Assembly (NCBI GenBank): GCA_050246755.1 | Contig: JBFWVL010000001.1 | Coordinates: 1,696,001 to 1,760,000 of the forward strand | From: Bacteriovoracia bacterium | GTDB taxonomy: Bacteria; Bdellovibrionota; UBA1018; CAIPTA01 | DNA: 64,000 nucleotides | Direction: 5' to 3' | Shown: piece by piece, positions 55,247-64,000 of the stretch | Numbering within the stretch: the first letter of the stretch is position 1 | How the letters are laid out: the number at the start of each line of letters is the position of its first letter | Notes under the pieces: generated by a model | The model's database searches: none | Told to the model about the DNA's origin: nothing | What the model saw: only the letters and a program-made list of their open reading frames with translations | Made by a program: the position numbers and the translations under genes

Positions 55247-57861
55247 TCAAAATCCTCGGGCGTCCAAAAATCCCGGTTGGCCGCCGGGGGAATGTTTTTC
55301 TTGGGACTTTCCGCGACGGGAGTGCTGGAGGCAGTAATGGCCGGCTTATTTTTCTTCGCCTTGCCTTGCAGAGGCTCGAGCTCGATTTGCAGGAGGTGAG
55401 GATTGGTGCGCACGATCTGCACGTCGATCTTATTGCCCACCTGAATCACCAGGCCGGAACGCTTGCCGCGCAGATGGAAGAGTTTCTCGTTGAAGGTAAA
55501 GTCCGCACCGAGCCGCTCGATGGGCACGAAGCCCTCCACGAACACATCGGTGAGCTCCACGAAGGCACCCTTGGCGTTGATGCCAACCACGGTGCCCGTA
55601 TGCTCTTCACCGAGGTGGCGCTCGGCGTAGCGCACTTGCTTGATGCGGATGAGCTCGCGCTCGGCGTCGGTGGCCACGCGTTCCTGCTTGGAGCAGTGGG
55701 CGGCGGCTTCTTCAAGATCTTTCGCCACGGAGCCCTTCGCCATCGATGCTTCTTTTTTGCTCTTGTGGATGAAGGCCTTCAGCAGGCGATGCACCATGAG
55801 ATCAGGGTAGCGGCGGATCGGGCTCGTGAAGTGGGAATAGGCCTGTGACGCCAAGCCGAAGTGCTTGAGATTCGTGGTGGTATAGTAAGCCTGCTTCATG
55901 CTCCGAAGCATGAGGAAGTTCAGTACGCGGGAAGCAGGGTTTTCTTCGATCGCGCGCAGGATCTTCTGGTAGGTGATCGGATTAATGTCATCGATCCACT
56001 TCTCGTTGATGCGTACCTGAAGGGTGCGGGCCACGTCCATGAACCGCTTCACGGCATCTTCTTCGGGCATTTCGTGCACGCGGAAGATGAACTGCATTTT
56101 ATGCTCTTCCATGATCTCGGAAACGGTTTCGTTGGCCACGATCATGAACTCTTCGATGAGGCGGTGGCTATCGAGGCGCTCAGTACGGATGATCGTGTCC
56201 ACTTCGCCGGTCTCTTTGTTCACCTTCACTTTGGCTTCGGGTAAATTAAGATCGATGGAGCCGCGCTGGATCCGCAGATGGTGCAGCTTTTTATAGAGAT
56301 CGAACAGGAGCGCGAGGCTTTCGCGCACGCGCGGATTATATTCGTGGCCGTTTTCCGGCCGGTCGAAGAACTGCTGCAAGGTTTCGTACACGCAGCGGTG
56401 CTGGGAGCGAAACACGGCTTCCAGCACCCGGTGCTTCACTTTGCGGCCGGTGAGATCGAAGTCGATTTCGGCCACCATGGCGAGCCGGTCTTCGTTCGGG
56501 TTCAGCGAGCAAATTCCGTTCGAGAGGCGCTCGGGAAGCATGGGCAGCACGCGGTGAGGAAAATAAATCGAGGTGGCGCGCTCGTAGGCTTCCTTATCCA
56601 AAGCGGTTCCGGGGCGCACGTAGTGGGCCACGTCGGCGATCGCCACCCAGAGGCGAACTTGGCCGTTTGGCAGTTTTCTGGCGCAAACTGCGTCGTCGAA
56701 ATCGCGGGCATCGGCGCCGTCGATCGTCACGAAGGGGAGGTCGCGCAGGTCTTCGCGGTCCTTGATGTCGCTCTTTAAGATCTCGGAAGGGATGGCCTTG
56801 GCCTCGGCGATCACCTCGTCGGGGAAGGTTTCGCGGAGCTTATGCTTCACAATGATATAGGGGTCATCAGTGGTGCTATTGAGGGAATCGGCCAACACGT
56901 TGAGGATGCGGCCTTCGATTTGGCCGCCGCCCTGGGGCATCTTCGTCACTTCCACCACGATGGCCGAGCCGTCCACCACGTCTTTATAGGTGGGGTCGCG
57001 CTCGAGCACGATCTGGAGCTGCATCTCTTTGGTGTCGATCTCGGCCATGGGCGGAGCGTAGGCGGTGCCCTTGATATAGCGGGCCACGGCTTTTTGCAGG
57101 CCGCGCTCCACCACTCGGTATAACCGCCCGCTGTAGCCCTTTTCGGCGCGGGTATTATCGAGCACGATTTCCACGATATCGCCGGTAAGCAAGTCTTCGG
57201 CTTCTTCCGGATTAAGAAACACGTCTTCCTTGAGGAAGGGGGGGGGATCGATGGGAGCCACGAACGCGAATCCGCGGCTGTTCTTCATCACCTTGCCGGT
57301 AACTAAATTTTTCGGGGGCGGGCGTTTGCCGGTCTGGCGCGAATCCCCGCGTTGATTTCCTTCTGAATTCTGCCGCTCGCGGAAATTGCTGGGGCGTCCT
57401 TCGCGGCCACGCTCTTCGTTTCTCTCTTCGCCCCCGCTTCGCTGGCTATTGCGGTTATGCTCGCCGCGGGCATCGCGCGCGCGCTGATTTCCTTTGTCGC
57501 TGCCGCGGCGGGCGGTGAGCCGGCCGGGAGTTCCGCTGGCGAGCCGGGGTTGGGCGAGTTCTTCACGAAGCTCGCGGTTATCTTGGCGGCCGCCCGGGCG
57601 CTGCTGATCGTGGCCGCGAATTTGTTTGGCGCGATTCGTTTTCGGGGGGCGGATGCGGAAGAGCCCGCCGGATCCGCGTTCCACTTCCTTGATTTTCACT
57701 AAGTAGCGGAGCTCGGTGTCCACCGCGCGCTCGATTTTAGGATTGCTCAGTTCTTCTTTCGAGAAAATCGAACGAAGAAGAACGCGTAAAGTAATGGGGC
57801 CTTGCGCTTGGGAAAGGGCTTGGAGGATTTCGTTGCGGAAGCGGAGTTTCAGTTTCGCCAT
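55243..57861 (-). CDS. rnr: Ribonuclease R
   Basis: TIDGADARDFDDA, HFTSPIRRYPD, cold-shock and S1 domains. Confidence 0.95.
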   Translation of the reverse strand: MAKLKLRFRNEILQALSQAQGPITLRVLLRSIFSKEELSNPKIERAVDTELRYLVKIKEVERGSGGLFRIRPPKTNRAKQIRGHDQQRPGGRQDNRELREELAQPRLASGTPGRLTARRGSDKGNQRARDARGEHNRNSQRSGGEERNEERGREGRPSNFRERQNSEGNQRGDSRQTGKRPPPKNLVTGKVMKNSRGFAFVAPIDPPPFLKEDVFLNPEEAEDLLTGDIVEIVLDNTRAEKGYSGRLYRVVERGLQKAVARYIKGTAYAPPMAEIDTKEMQLQIVLERDPTYKDVVDGSAIVVEVTKMPQGGGQIEGRILNVLADSLNSTTDDPYIIVKHKLRETFPDEVIAEAKAIPSEILKSDIKDREDLRDLPFVTIDGADARDFDDAVCARKLPNGQVRLWVAIADVAHYVRPGTALDKEAYERATSIYFPHRVLPMLPERLSNGICSLNPNEDRLAMVAEIDFDLTGRKVKHRVLEAVFRSQHRCVYETLQQFFDRPENGHEYNPRVRESLALLFDLYKKLHHLRIQRGSIDLNLPEAKVKVNKETGEVDTIIRTERLDSHRLIEEFMIVANETVSEIMEEHKMQFIFRVHEMPEEDAVKRFMDVARTLQVRINEKWIDDINPITYQKILRAIEENPASRVLNFLMLRSMKQAYYTTTNLKHFGLASQAYSHFTSPIRRYPDLMVHRLLKAFIHKSKKEASMAKGSVAKDLEEAAAHCSKQERVATDAERELIRIKQVRYAERHLGEEHTGTVVGINAKGAFVELTDVFVEGFVPIERLGADFTFNEKLFHLRGKRSGLVIQVGNKIDVQIVRTNPHLLQIELEPLQGKAKKNKPAITASSTPVAESPKKNIPPAANRDFWTPEDFE

Positions 57862-58191
57862 TCTAGTCTATGGGTCTCAAAGGGGTCGGCAGTCGCGTTC
57901 TGAGAAGCGACATTTCATGCACGTTTGCATAGTACTCTCAGTTGGCGGGGAATTCTTGATAAACCCTTGTCAGGATTCCACACCCAATAAAATCTATGGT
58001 TTAAAGGTTACATTAAGGAAATAACGCAATGCGCGAATATTAATTACATAGTTATGATGCAGATGCTTTTGTCAAAAGTTCAAGAATTATCTGGCACTCC
58101 ATTTGGTTCTTGTTAGCATTATTTTACTAATTCGTTAGGGCCAACGTTCAGGGATTTGAAAGTCGGCGTGAATCTACATGGAGGAATTTGT

Positions 58192-59901
58192 ATGAAGTCA
58201 GCAGGAATCGCATGGTCCTTAGCAGTTATCGGTGCCGCCGGTGCCGGATTGTTCACTGGGCTCGACAATAACGCACATTCAGATATCGCAAAATTTACGA
58301 CCCAGCTTGCGCAACACGAGCGCGTGCCCGGCGAAGTAATCGTAAAGATGTCGCGCCAGGGTAAAACCCTCGCCGTGAATTCTTTGCTCTCGCAATTCAG
58401 TATCTCCTCCATGAACGCTTTCGAAACGAACAACAGCTTTTATAAAGTGAAGCTCGCGCGCGATTCCGATACGGCGCAATTCCTCGAGGCCGCTTCCCAC
58501 AATCCTTCCATCGAATACGCCGAACCCAACTACATCATGCATGTGCTTGGTTCCGAAGATTCTGAAGTGCTTCCTAACGACTCCGATTTCGACAAGCTCT
58601 GGGGCATGAAGAATATCGGCCAAAAAGATTCCGCTGGTACCGTTGGGGTTGCCGGCGCTGATATCGGTGCTACCAAAGCCTGGAAAACCACCACGGGTAA
58701 TAAAGACATCCTCGTGGCCGTGATCGATACCGGCGTGGACTATACCCACCCCGATCTCAAGGACAATATCTTCGTGAACGCGGGCGAGATCGCCGGTAAC
58801 GGCATCGACGACGACGGCAACGGTTTCGTGGACGACGTGCATGGCTGGAACTTCGCCGGCGTTTCCACCAACGATCCTATGGATGATAACGAGCACGGTA
58901 CTCACGTATCGGGCACGATCGGCGGCAAAGGAAATAACGGATTGGGCGTAGCCGGTGTGAACTGGACCACCTCCATCCTTCCCGTGAAATTCCTCACCGG
59001 CGCGGGCAGCGGAACCTTGGAAGACGCCGTGAAGTCGATCCAGTACGCGACCCTCATGAAAGCCAAAGTGATGAACAACTCGTGGGGCGGCGGTGGTTTC
59101 ACCCAGTCTCTCTACGACGCGATCGCGGGCGCCAAAGCCGCTGGTTTGCTCTTCGTAGCGGCCGCCGGTAACGATAGCCAAAATGCCGATTCTAGCCCGC
59201 ACTATCCCGCCGGCTACCAGATCGACAACGTGATCGCCGTTGCGGCCACCACCAACCAAGATACGCTCGCTAGCTTCTCCACCTACGGAAAGCGCACCGT
59301 GCATATCGCGGCCCCTGGCCACAAGATCTACTCCTCCGTTCCGGGCAATAAGTACGATTCCTTCAGCGGAACCTCGATGGCCACTCCTCACGTAGTGGGC
59401 GCCGCGGCTCTTCTCTGGGGAACCGATACCAGCATGACCTATGCTCAAGTGAAAGAACGTCTCTTGGCTTCCCGCGATTTCATTCCTTCGCTCTCGCGTA
59501 AGGTGGCATCGAGCGGCCGCTTGAACATCTACAATGCGATCAACGGGATCTATCCTCCTTCTCCGGAACCAGCCGAGAGCGCTTGGCGTGATTTCGCCTT
59601 CCAAGGCACCGTAGAATCGGAACACCCTTACGCGAACTCCGCGAAGCAAGAGTGGTCGATCGAGGGCCCCGCCGATGCGAAGTTCATGCGCGTGGTATTC
59701 TCGAAGGTTGACCTCGAGAGCGGCTACGACTTCGTAAAAATCTACGACGCTTCGGGCGCCGAGATGGATGCCGTGTCCGGCAAGAGCGATAACCAGACTT
59801 CGTTCTACGTAACCGGCAACAAAATGACCCTGAAACTCACCTCCGACTCCAGCATCAACAGCTGGGGCTTCGCGGTGGGCAAGGTTCAAGTAGTTTATTA
59901 A
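58192..59901 (+). CDS. Secreted S8 subtilase with propeptide and C-terminal CUB-like domain
   Basis: YAEPNY, IDTG, HGTHVSG, GTSMATPHV; ESEHPY..E.GYDF..SDSS...WGF; GGAGG SD. Confidence 0.93.
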   Translation: MKSAGIAWSLAVIGAAGAGLFTGLDNNAHSDIAKFTTQLAQHERVPGEVIVKMSRQGKTLAVNSLLSQFSISSMNAFETNNSFYKVKLARDSDTAQFLEAASHNPSIEYAEPNYIMHVLGSEDSEVLPNDSDFDKLWGMKNIGQKDSAGTVGVAGADIGATKAWKTTTGNKDILVAVIDTGVDYTHPDLKDNIFVNAGEIAGNGIDDDGNGFVDDVHGWNFAGVSTNDPMDDNEHGTHVSGTIGGKGNNGLGVAGVNWTTSILPVKFLTGAGSGTLEDAVKSIQYATLMKAKVMNNSWGGGGFTQSLYDAIAGAKAAGLLFVAAAGNDSQNADSSPHYPAGYQIDNVIAVAATTNQDTLASFSTYGKRTVHIAAPGHKIYSSVPGNKYDSFSGTSMATPHVVGAAALLWGTDTSMTYAQVKERLLASRDFIPSLSRKVASSGRLNIYNAINGIYPPSPEPAESAWRDFAFQGTVESEHPYANSAKQEWSIEGPADAKFMRVVFSKVDLESGYDFVKIYDASGAEMDAVSGKSDNQTSFYVTGNKMTLKLTSDSSINSWGFAVGKVQVVY

Positions 59902-59926
59902 GACCTTCTTATGTAGCTGACTGGGG

Positions 59927-59960
59927 AAAGGGCTCTCGCAAGGGGGCCCTTTTTCTTTTT
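59927..59960 (+). terminator. Intrinsic terminator
   Basis: AAAGGGCTCTC-GCAA-GGGGGCCCTTT followed by a T-run. Confidence 0.85.
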
Positions 59961-59980
59961 GTGATCGTTGGGAAGAACCT

Positions 59981-60448
59981 TTGAAGAAGACTCTCTGTTT
60001 ATTCCTGTTTCTCGCCCTTTTCGTGAGCCATTCGCTGGTGCATGTGGGCAGCCTCCTGCGCGGTAAGCAGCCGGCGCTAAATTTCTCCAGCCCCGTGCTC
60101 CCGGTTTTGTTTTCTTTCGCGCAACAGCCCCTCGTGTTCGACCGCGAAAGCGTATTCTTCAACACGATGGAGATCACCCTGAGCGCGGGCACCGAAGCTC
60201 TGGTGCTTTCGGGCGCGGGAATGCGGAAGTTCGTGGAGAATTACTACCGGGCTCTGCTTTTCTTCCATTGGCCCCACCATGTGGGCAAACTCACCGGCAA
60301 GAGCGTCCTTACGCAGACTTTCTGCCGCAATGAAGAGAGGCTAAAATCGGAGCTAGGATTTCCCCAAAAGCCGGAAGCAGTGGATTGGGTGGTTCGTAGT
60401 TCCTCCCGCACCATTCTCTTCTCGGAGCACGTGGAGTGCGGCCCATGA
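59981..60448 (+). CDS. Hypothetical membrane-anchored protein coupled to the HTTM gene
   Basis: N-terminal hydrophobic segment, ATGA overlap with next gene. Confidence 0.6.
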   Translation: MKKTLCLFLFLALFVSHSLVHVGSLLRGKQPALNFSSPVLPVLFSFAQQPLVFDRESVFFNTMEITLSAGTEALVLSGAGMRKFVENYYRALLFFHWPHHVGKLTGKSVLTQTFCRNEERLKSELGFPQKPEAVDWVVRSSSRTILFSEHVECGP

Positions 60449-61206
60449 AGTTCTTCGGTGAAAATTTCCGCCAGGTATTCGTGCGCGTTTCTCTCGGTGC
60501 TGCCGTTTTTTACTATTTCCTTTGCCTGGCCCTGCGCTTTACGGATTGGATGGCATTCAGCGTTCTTTCCGCCGAGAACAATTCCTGGCTCCTCCATTCC
60601 GTTCTCATTTTCGGAATTTTATCTTCCGTTACTTTTTGCGCGGGTTTCCATACGAGGATTTCTGCCCTAGTCCTGCTTCTTACCTTCCACGGATCCACGC
60701 TGCTGTTTCCGATTCTGCGCGAAGTGCACACGGCCTATTTCGCGGCGATTCTTTTCATCTTCGCGCTGTACTATTGCGGGCCTAAAGCCTGGTCACCGCT
60801 GGAAGTGAAGCTTGGCGAACGCAAGCGCTGGCAGCCATGGCTATTGCTCGCGGTATACTTAGGATTTTCCGTGTCGGGTTTCTCGAAACTTTTCTTTGCT
60901 CCCTGGAAAACGGGGGAGCTCATTACCTTTTTTTGCGGCCTGAGTCCGTTGGCCTCGCTAGTGGGACCAGGGATCTGCGGGATCCTGCCGGCCAAACTAT
61001 TGGGCTGGGGCGTGCTCTTTATCGAATCGAGCTCATTTTTTTTGGCGCTGTTCCCACGCACGCGAATCGTAACCTGGAGCCTAAACACGCTCCTGCATTT
61101 TGGGGCGCTTTTTTTCGTGAATGCGTCCGTGGTATCGATCGGAATCTTAATCCTGCAGGTATTTCTCTTGGATGAGGACTGGCTGAAGCGGGATAGGGCG
61201 AAGTAG
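60445..61206 (+). CDS. HTTM-domain-like multi-pass membrane protein
   Basis: AGFHTR, Y...SGFSKL...W.TG, LFIE, LLHFG. Confidence 0.7.
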   Translation: MKFFGENFRQVFVRVSLGAAVFYYFLCLALRFTDWMAFSVLSAENNSWLLHSVLIFGILSSVTFCAGFHTRISALVLLLTFHGSTLLFPILREVHTAYFAAILFIFALYYCGPKAWSPLEVKLGERKRWQPWLLLAVYLGFSVSGFSKLFFAPWKTGELITFFCGLSPLASLVGPGICGILPAKLLGWGVLFIESSSFFLALFPRTRIVTWSLNTLLHFGALFFVNASVVSIGILILQVFLLDEDWLKRDRAK

Positions 61207-61254
61207 GCTCGCAGCTCCCAAAATTTTCTTTCTCCAAATTTTGCGCGAAATAAT

Positions 61255-62010
61255 CTAAGGAAAATTTTTCCCATCGGCCGGCAAGGATCCGCGGGGGATC
61301 ACGCATAGGCCTGGGCCCGTGGCCTTATAGTCCACGCGCTGGAAGCCCACCGGCTGATCGAACATCGCCATCGAGCAATCACCCACTTCGTCGCAGGAAA
61401 TCGAATTGCGTTGGCGCGTGATTTCCATGCGCGGCGTTTTCTTGGTGGGAGCCATCACGAGGAGATCGTCGAGGCGGCCGTTTTCATTCACGAAGTTCGT
61501 GGGCAAAGGCCGATGGATGGATTTTGGCGCTGCCCGGTAGGCCTGCACCAACTCGAGGCCGGAGGGGCACTTGCCTCTAACGGCCGCGGATCCATAGCCT
61601 TGAAGCTCCGGCGCGAGACCCGGGGCAGGCGAGAGCGATACGGCCACCGAGAACAAATCGCTTGGCGCAGCGGCCAGGCCAAAACGAAGCTCGGGGAGTG
61701 TTTCGCTGCAGCGCATGCGCATCACCGGAAGGTTACATACGCCTTCCGCGTAGAACTCATCGCGGGCCATTTTTTCAGCATTCGTGAAAGCGGCGGAATG
61801 CGAAAGGTAATGCGTGAACTTTGCCGAGAGCAAGCCCAGTTGCTGGAAGGAAGTGCAGCTTAGTTCGTTGCCATTTACGCCTTCGCCTTCGAGGAAATTC
61901 GTCTCGCACTGGTAGGAGTAAACTTTGGCGATATCGGCCGGAAGCTCGGCGGCGTGAGCGGCGGTGAAAGCGGCTAGCGACAGGAAAAAAGACAAAAATA
62001 GCGCGTGCAT
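61255..62010 (-). CDS. Secreted Cys-rich hypothetical protein
   Basis: Signal peptide (AHA|AE), eight cysteines. Confidence 0.7.
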   Translation of the reverse strand: MHALFLSFFLSLAAFTAAHAAELPADIAKVYSYQCETNFLEGEGVNGNELSCTSFQQLGLLSAKFTHYLSHSAAFTNAEKMARDEFYAEGVCNLPVMRMRCSETLPELRFGLAAAPSDLFSVAVSLSPAPGLAPELQGYGSAAVRGKCPSGLELVQAYRAAPKSIHRPLPTNFVNENGRLDDLLVMAPTKKTPRMEITRQRNSISCDEVGDCSMAMFDQPVGFQRVDYKATGPGLCVIPRGSLPADGKNFP

Positions 62011-62037
62011 GGAGCCCCCCGTTTGGCGTGAGCGAGT

Positions 62038-62066
62038 TTTATAATCAGAACGGATTGGGGGGTCAA
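62038..62066 (-). promoter_or_regulatory. Sigma70 promoter
   Basis: TTGACC-N17-TATAAA. Confidence 0.65.
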
Positions 62067-62171
62067 TGCGAGAGGCGGGGGTGAGGCATTTCGGGGGGCT
62101 AGGGGATTCCGGGTGAGATTTGGGAGGGATGAAGACAAAAACCGGTAAAATCCCAGCACAATCAAAGAGAT

Positions 62172-63260
62172 ATGCTCACCACCAAATCCCTTTTCTTGCG
62201 CCGTGCGGAACGTTACTATTTTCGTCCGATGGACGGTGACTTTTACAAATCCCACTTAGAACGCGTGAGCAGGAGCTTTTCCTTCTGCATCGCCCAGCTC
62301 GACGGTGATTTCCGCAATTGGGTGAGCCTTTCTTACTTACTTTGTCGCATTCTAGATACGGTTGAGGATGCAAATTGGGCCAAGCCCGAACAACAGGCGG
62401 AAGCCTACCTTCGTTTCCAGGAATTCTTAGATCGTTCCGTGCCTCCCGCCCGCGTGAAGGCCTGGATTGAATCCTTTCCCGCGGGCATCTCCGAGGGAGA
62501 GCGCTTGCTCATCGTAGACGCCGGCGGCGCCTTCGAGCGGTTCCATGCTTTACCCCAGAGTATTCAGGCGATGATGCGTTCTTCGATCCTCAATATGTAC
62601 CGGGGCATGAACTATTTTTCCCGCGAGCGCAAAGAAGGCAGCGCGATCCGGCTGCGTGATCTGCCCGACGTGAATCAGTACTGTTTCTTCGTGGCGGGCG
62701 TGGTGGGAGATTTGCTCACCAATCTTTTGGCCGGGGCTTCGGGCAAGGCCGTGGATCCCTCGCATTTGCTGGATGGCCACCACTTCGGGCTTTTCCTGCA
62801 GAAGGTGAATTTGCTCAAGGATCAGGCGGAAGACGAAAAGCAGGGCCGCCACCTCGTGGTGCCTTCGCGGGAAGCATTGCTGGCGAGCGTGAAGGCGAAT
62901 GCCGAGGGCGCGATCCGTTACCTTACGGCGATACCGGTAAAGGAACGCGGGTACCGGATTTTTTGTGCCTGGTCGCTGTTCTTGGGGCTTTCTTCGTTGC
63001 GCTGGATGGAGAGATCCACGTTCTTTGGCCACGTGTTCATGAATAAGCCGCCCCGTATTTTTACCAAGTGGAAACTCAAGCGGGTAAAAGACCGGATCGA
63101 CGATAACGAGGCTCTCGTGGAATTTTTCCGGCAATGCTTGCCTGCTTTTCCCGCCGTAAACGAGCCGGGCTTGGAAAAAAAAGAGCTGGCTTCTACCTCT
63201 TTGCAGGCTTACCAGGGCCCTCTGGAAGGATCACAGTTCCGTGCCCTAGGGATGATCTAA
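62172..63260 (+). CDS. Squalene/phytoene synthase family protein (squalene-synthase-like); start may be 62229
   Basis: SRSF, YLLCRILDTVED, YCFFVAGVVG, GLFLQKVNLLKD. Confidence 0.9.
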   Translation: MLTTKSLFLRRAERYYFRPMDGDFYKSHLERVSRSFSFCIAQLDGDFRNWVSLSYLLCRILDTVEDANWAKPEQQAEAYLRFQEFLDRSVPPARVKAWIESFPAGISEGERLLIVDAGGAFERFHALPQSIQAMMRSSILNMYRGMNYFSRERKEGSAIRLRDLPDVNQYCFFVAGVVGDLLTNLLAGASGKAVDPSHLLDGHHFGLFLQKVNLLKDQAEDEKQGRHLVVPSREALLASVKANAEGAIRYLTAIPVKERGYRIFCAWSLFLGLSSLRWMERSTFFGHVFMNKPPRIFTKWKLKRVKDRIDDNEALVEFFRQCLPAFPAVNEPGLEKKELASTSLQAYQGPLEGSQFRALGMI

Positions 63261-63393
63261 ACTCACTCTACCGGGAAGAATCCTGTCTCCGCGTACGTCA
63301 ACTATTCGTTTCCCGGCCCCCGGCTTCCGCATTAATATTATAAGACGATCTTTCTAGAGACTGGAAAGCACCTACCCACGGATGGGGAATACA

Positions 63394-64000
63394 ATGCTCG
63401 TACTGCTCGGATTTTCTGCCCTGCTGCTTTTTTCCACCACGCTCTACCAAATCACCACCGTTTGTTTGCTCCTGCGCCGCCAGGCGAGGAAGCGCGCGCT
63501 GTCTCAGTCCCCCTCTGCTATCCGCGAGTTTCCCGGGATTTCCGTTTTGATTCCCGTGAAAGGAATTTATCCGACCTTCGGCGGAAACCTGCGCTCGATT
63601 TTTGAGCAGGATTATCCGGGGCCTATCGAAGTGATTCTGGGGGTGCAGTCCGAGAGCGATCCCGTGCTGGAGTTTTCCCGCAAGGTAGCGAGCTCGCTGG
63701 GAAAAGGCGATAAGATTCACTTCGCGGTGGGCGGGAAAGACGCGGGCCTCAACCCAAAAAATTCCAATCTTTGCCGCGCTTTTCCTAAAGCCAAGTACGA
63801 CTGGCTCTACTGCTGCGATTCCGACGTGGCCCTCGAGCCTTCGTTTTTTCTTAATGCGATCGCGGTGCTCGACGAAAATACCTACGGCTCCACCTTCAAT
63901 ATTTTCCGCCAGGCGCCGAATCTGGGCGCGATGCTCGAGGGCGTGGGCACGAACACCGAGGCTTCCGCATTTTTCCTCCTCGCGGCGTTAAATCCCGCCA
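63394..64000 (+). CDS. Ceramide glucosyltransferase/HpnI-like glycosyltransferase, 3'-truncated (absent from ORF track)
   Basis: Manual translation: TM, PGISVLIPVKG, EQDYP, GLNPKNSNL, AKYDWLYCCDSDV. Confidence 0.85.
   Translation, partial: MLVLLGFSALLLFSTTLYQITTVCLLLRRQARKRALSQSPSAIREFPGISVLIPVKGIYPTFGGNLRSIFEQDYPGPIEVILGVQSESDPVLEFSRKVASSLGKGDKIHFAVGGKDAGLNPKNSNLCRAFPKAKYDWLYCCDSDVALEPSFFLNAIAVLDENTYGSTFNIFRQAPNLGAMLEGVGTNTEASAFFLLAALNPA

Noticed and set aside
58279-60192. 637-aa antisense ORF, and similar ones at 25554-26513, 38611-39582 and 49454-50380
   Set aside because: They mirror well-supported genes; stop-poor antisense frames are expected with this GC-biased codon usage and show no family motifs.
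63298-63720. 140-aa minus-strand ORF
   Set aside because: Antisense to the glycosyltransferase that runs off the window end.
1-64000. CRISPR arrays, tRNA/rRNA genes, prophage, intact IS, defence or DGR systems
   Set aside because: No spaced direct repeats, RNA-gene signatures, integrase, transposase or reverse transcriptase seen; the bAvd-like remnant has no RT or template repeat nearby.

Overview
High-GC window that reads like a Bdellovibrionota/Oligoflexia-type chromosome; this is inferred from gene content (short flagellins, AMIN-type FliO, many signal-peptide orphans). The core (8.4-36.5 kb) is a flagellar cluster: TPR protein, flgBC, fliEFGH, an inserted YkuD-type gene plus a decayed four-helix-bundle element, fliIJ, motE-like, fliK, flgD, a flagellar operon protein, flgE, fliLMNOPQR, flhBAFG, fliA. 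It is preceded by an orphan sigma54 activator and an mlaEFD operon. It is followed by a degenerate CheA-like/MCP-like gene pair, coaE, a 7TM-HD hydrolase with ybeY, an RmlD-like gene, two flagellins, a block of mostly secreted enzymes (cytoplasmic GNAT, peptidase C26, two subtilases, a large amidoligase-fold protein), ubiB-like, rnr, an HTTM pair, a squalene synthase and a truncated GT21-like glycosyltransferase. Most notable: (1) an apparently kinase-dead CheA plus tip-truncated chemoreceptor behind a probable sigma28 promoter; (2) a readable regulatory code of sigma54 promoters with GTCAA-N4-TTGAC boxes, GGA-loop hairpins over flagellar ribosome-binding sites, and probable leaderless transcripts for non-flagellar genes; (3) exported ATP-dependent-fold enzymes that may be prey-directed effectors. 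No rRNA, tRNA, CRISPR array or intact transposase was seen. All family calls are by-eye motif recognition; no searches were run.
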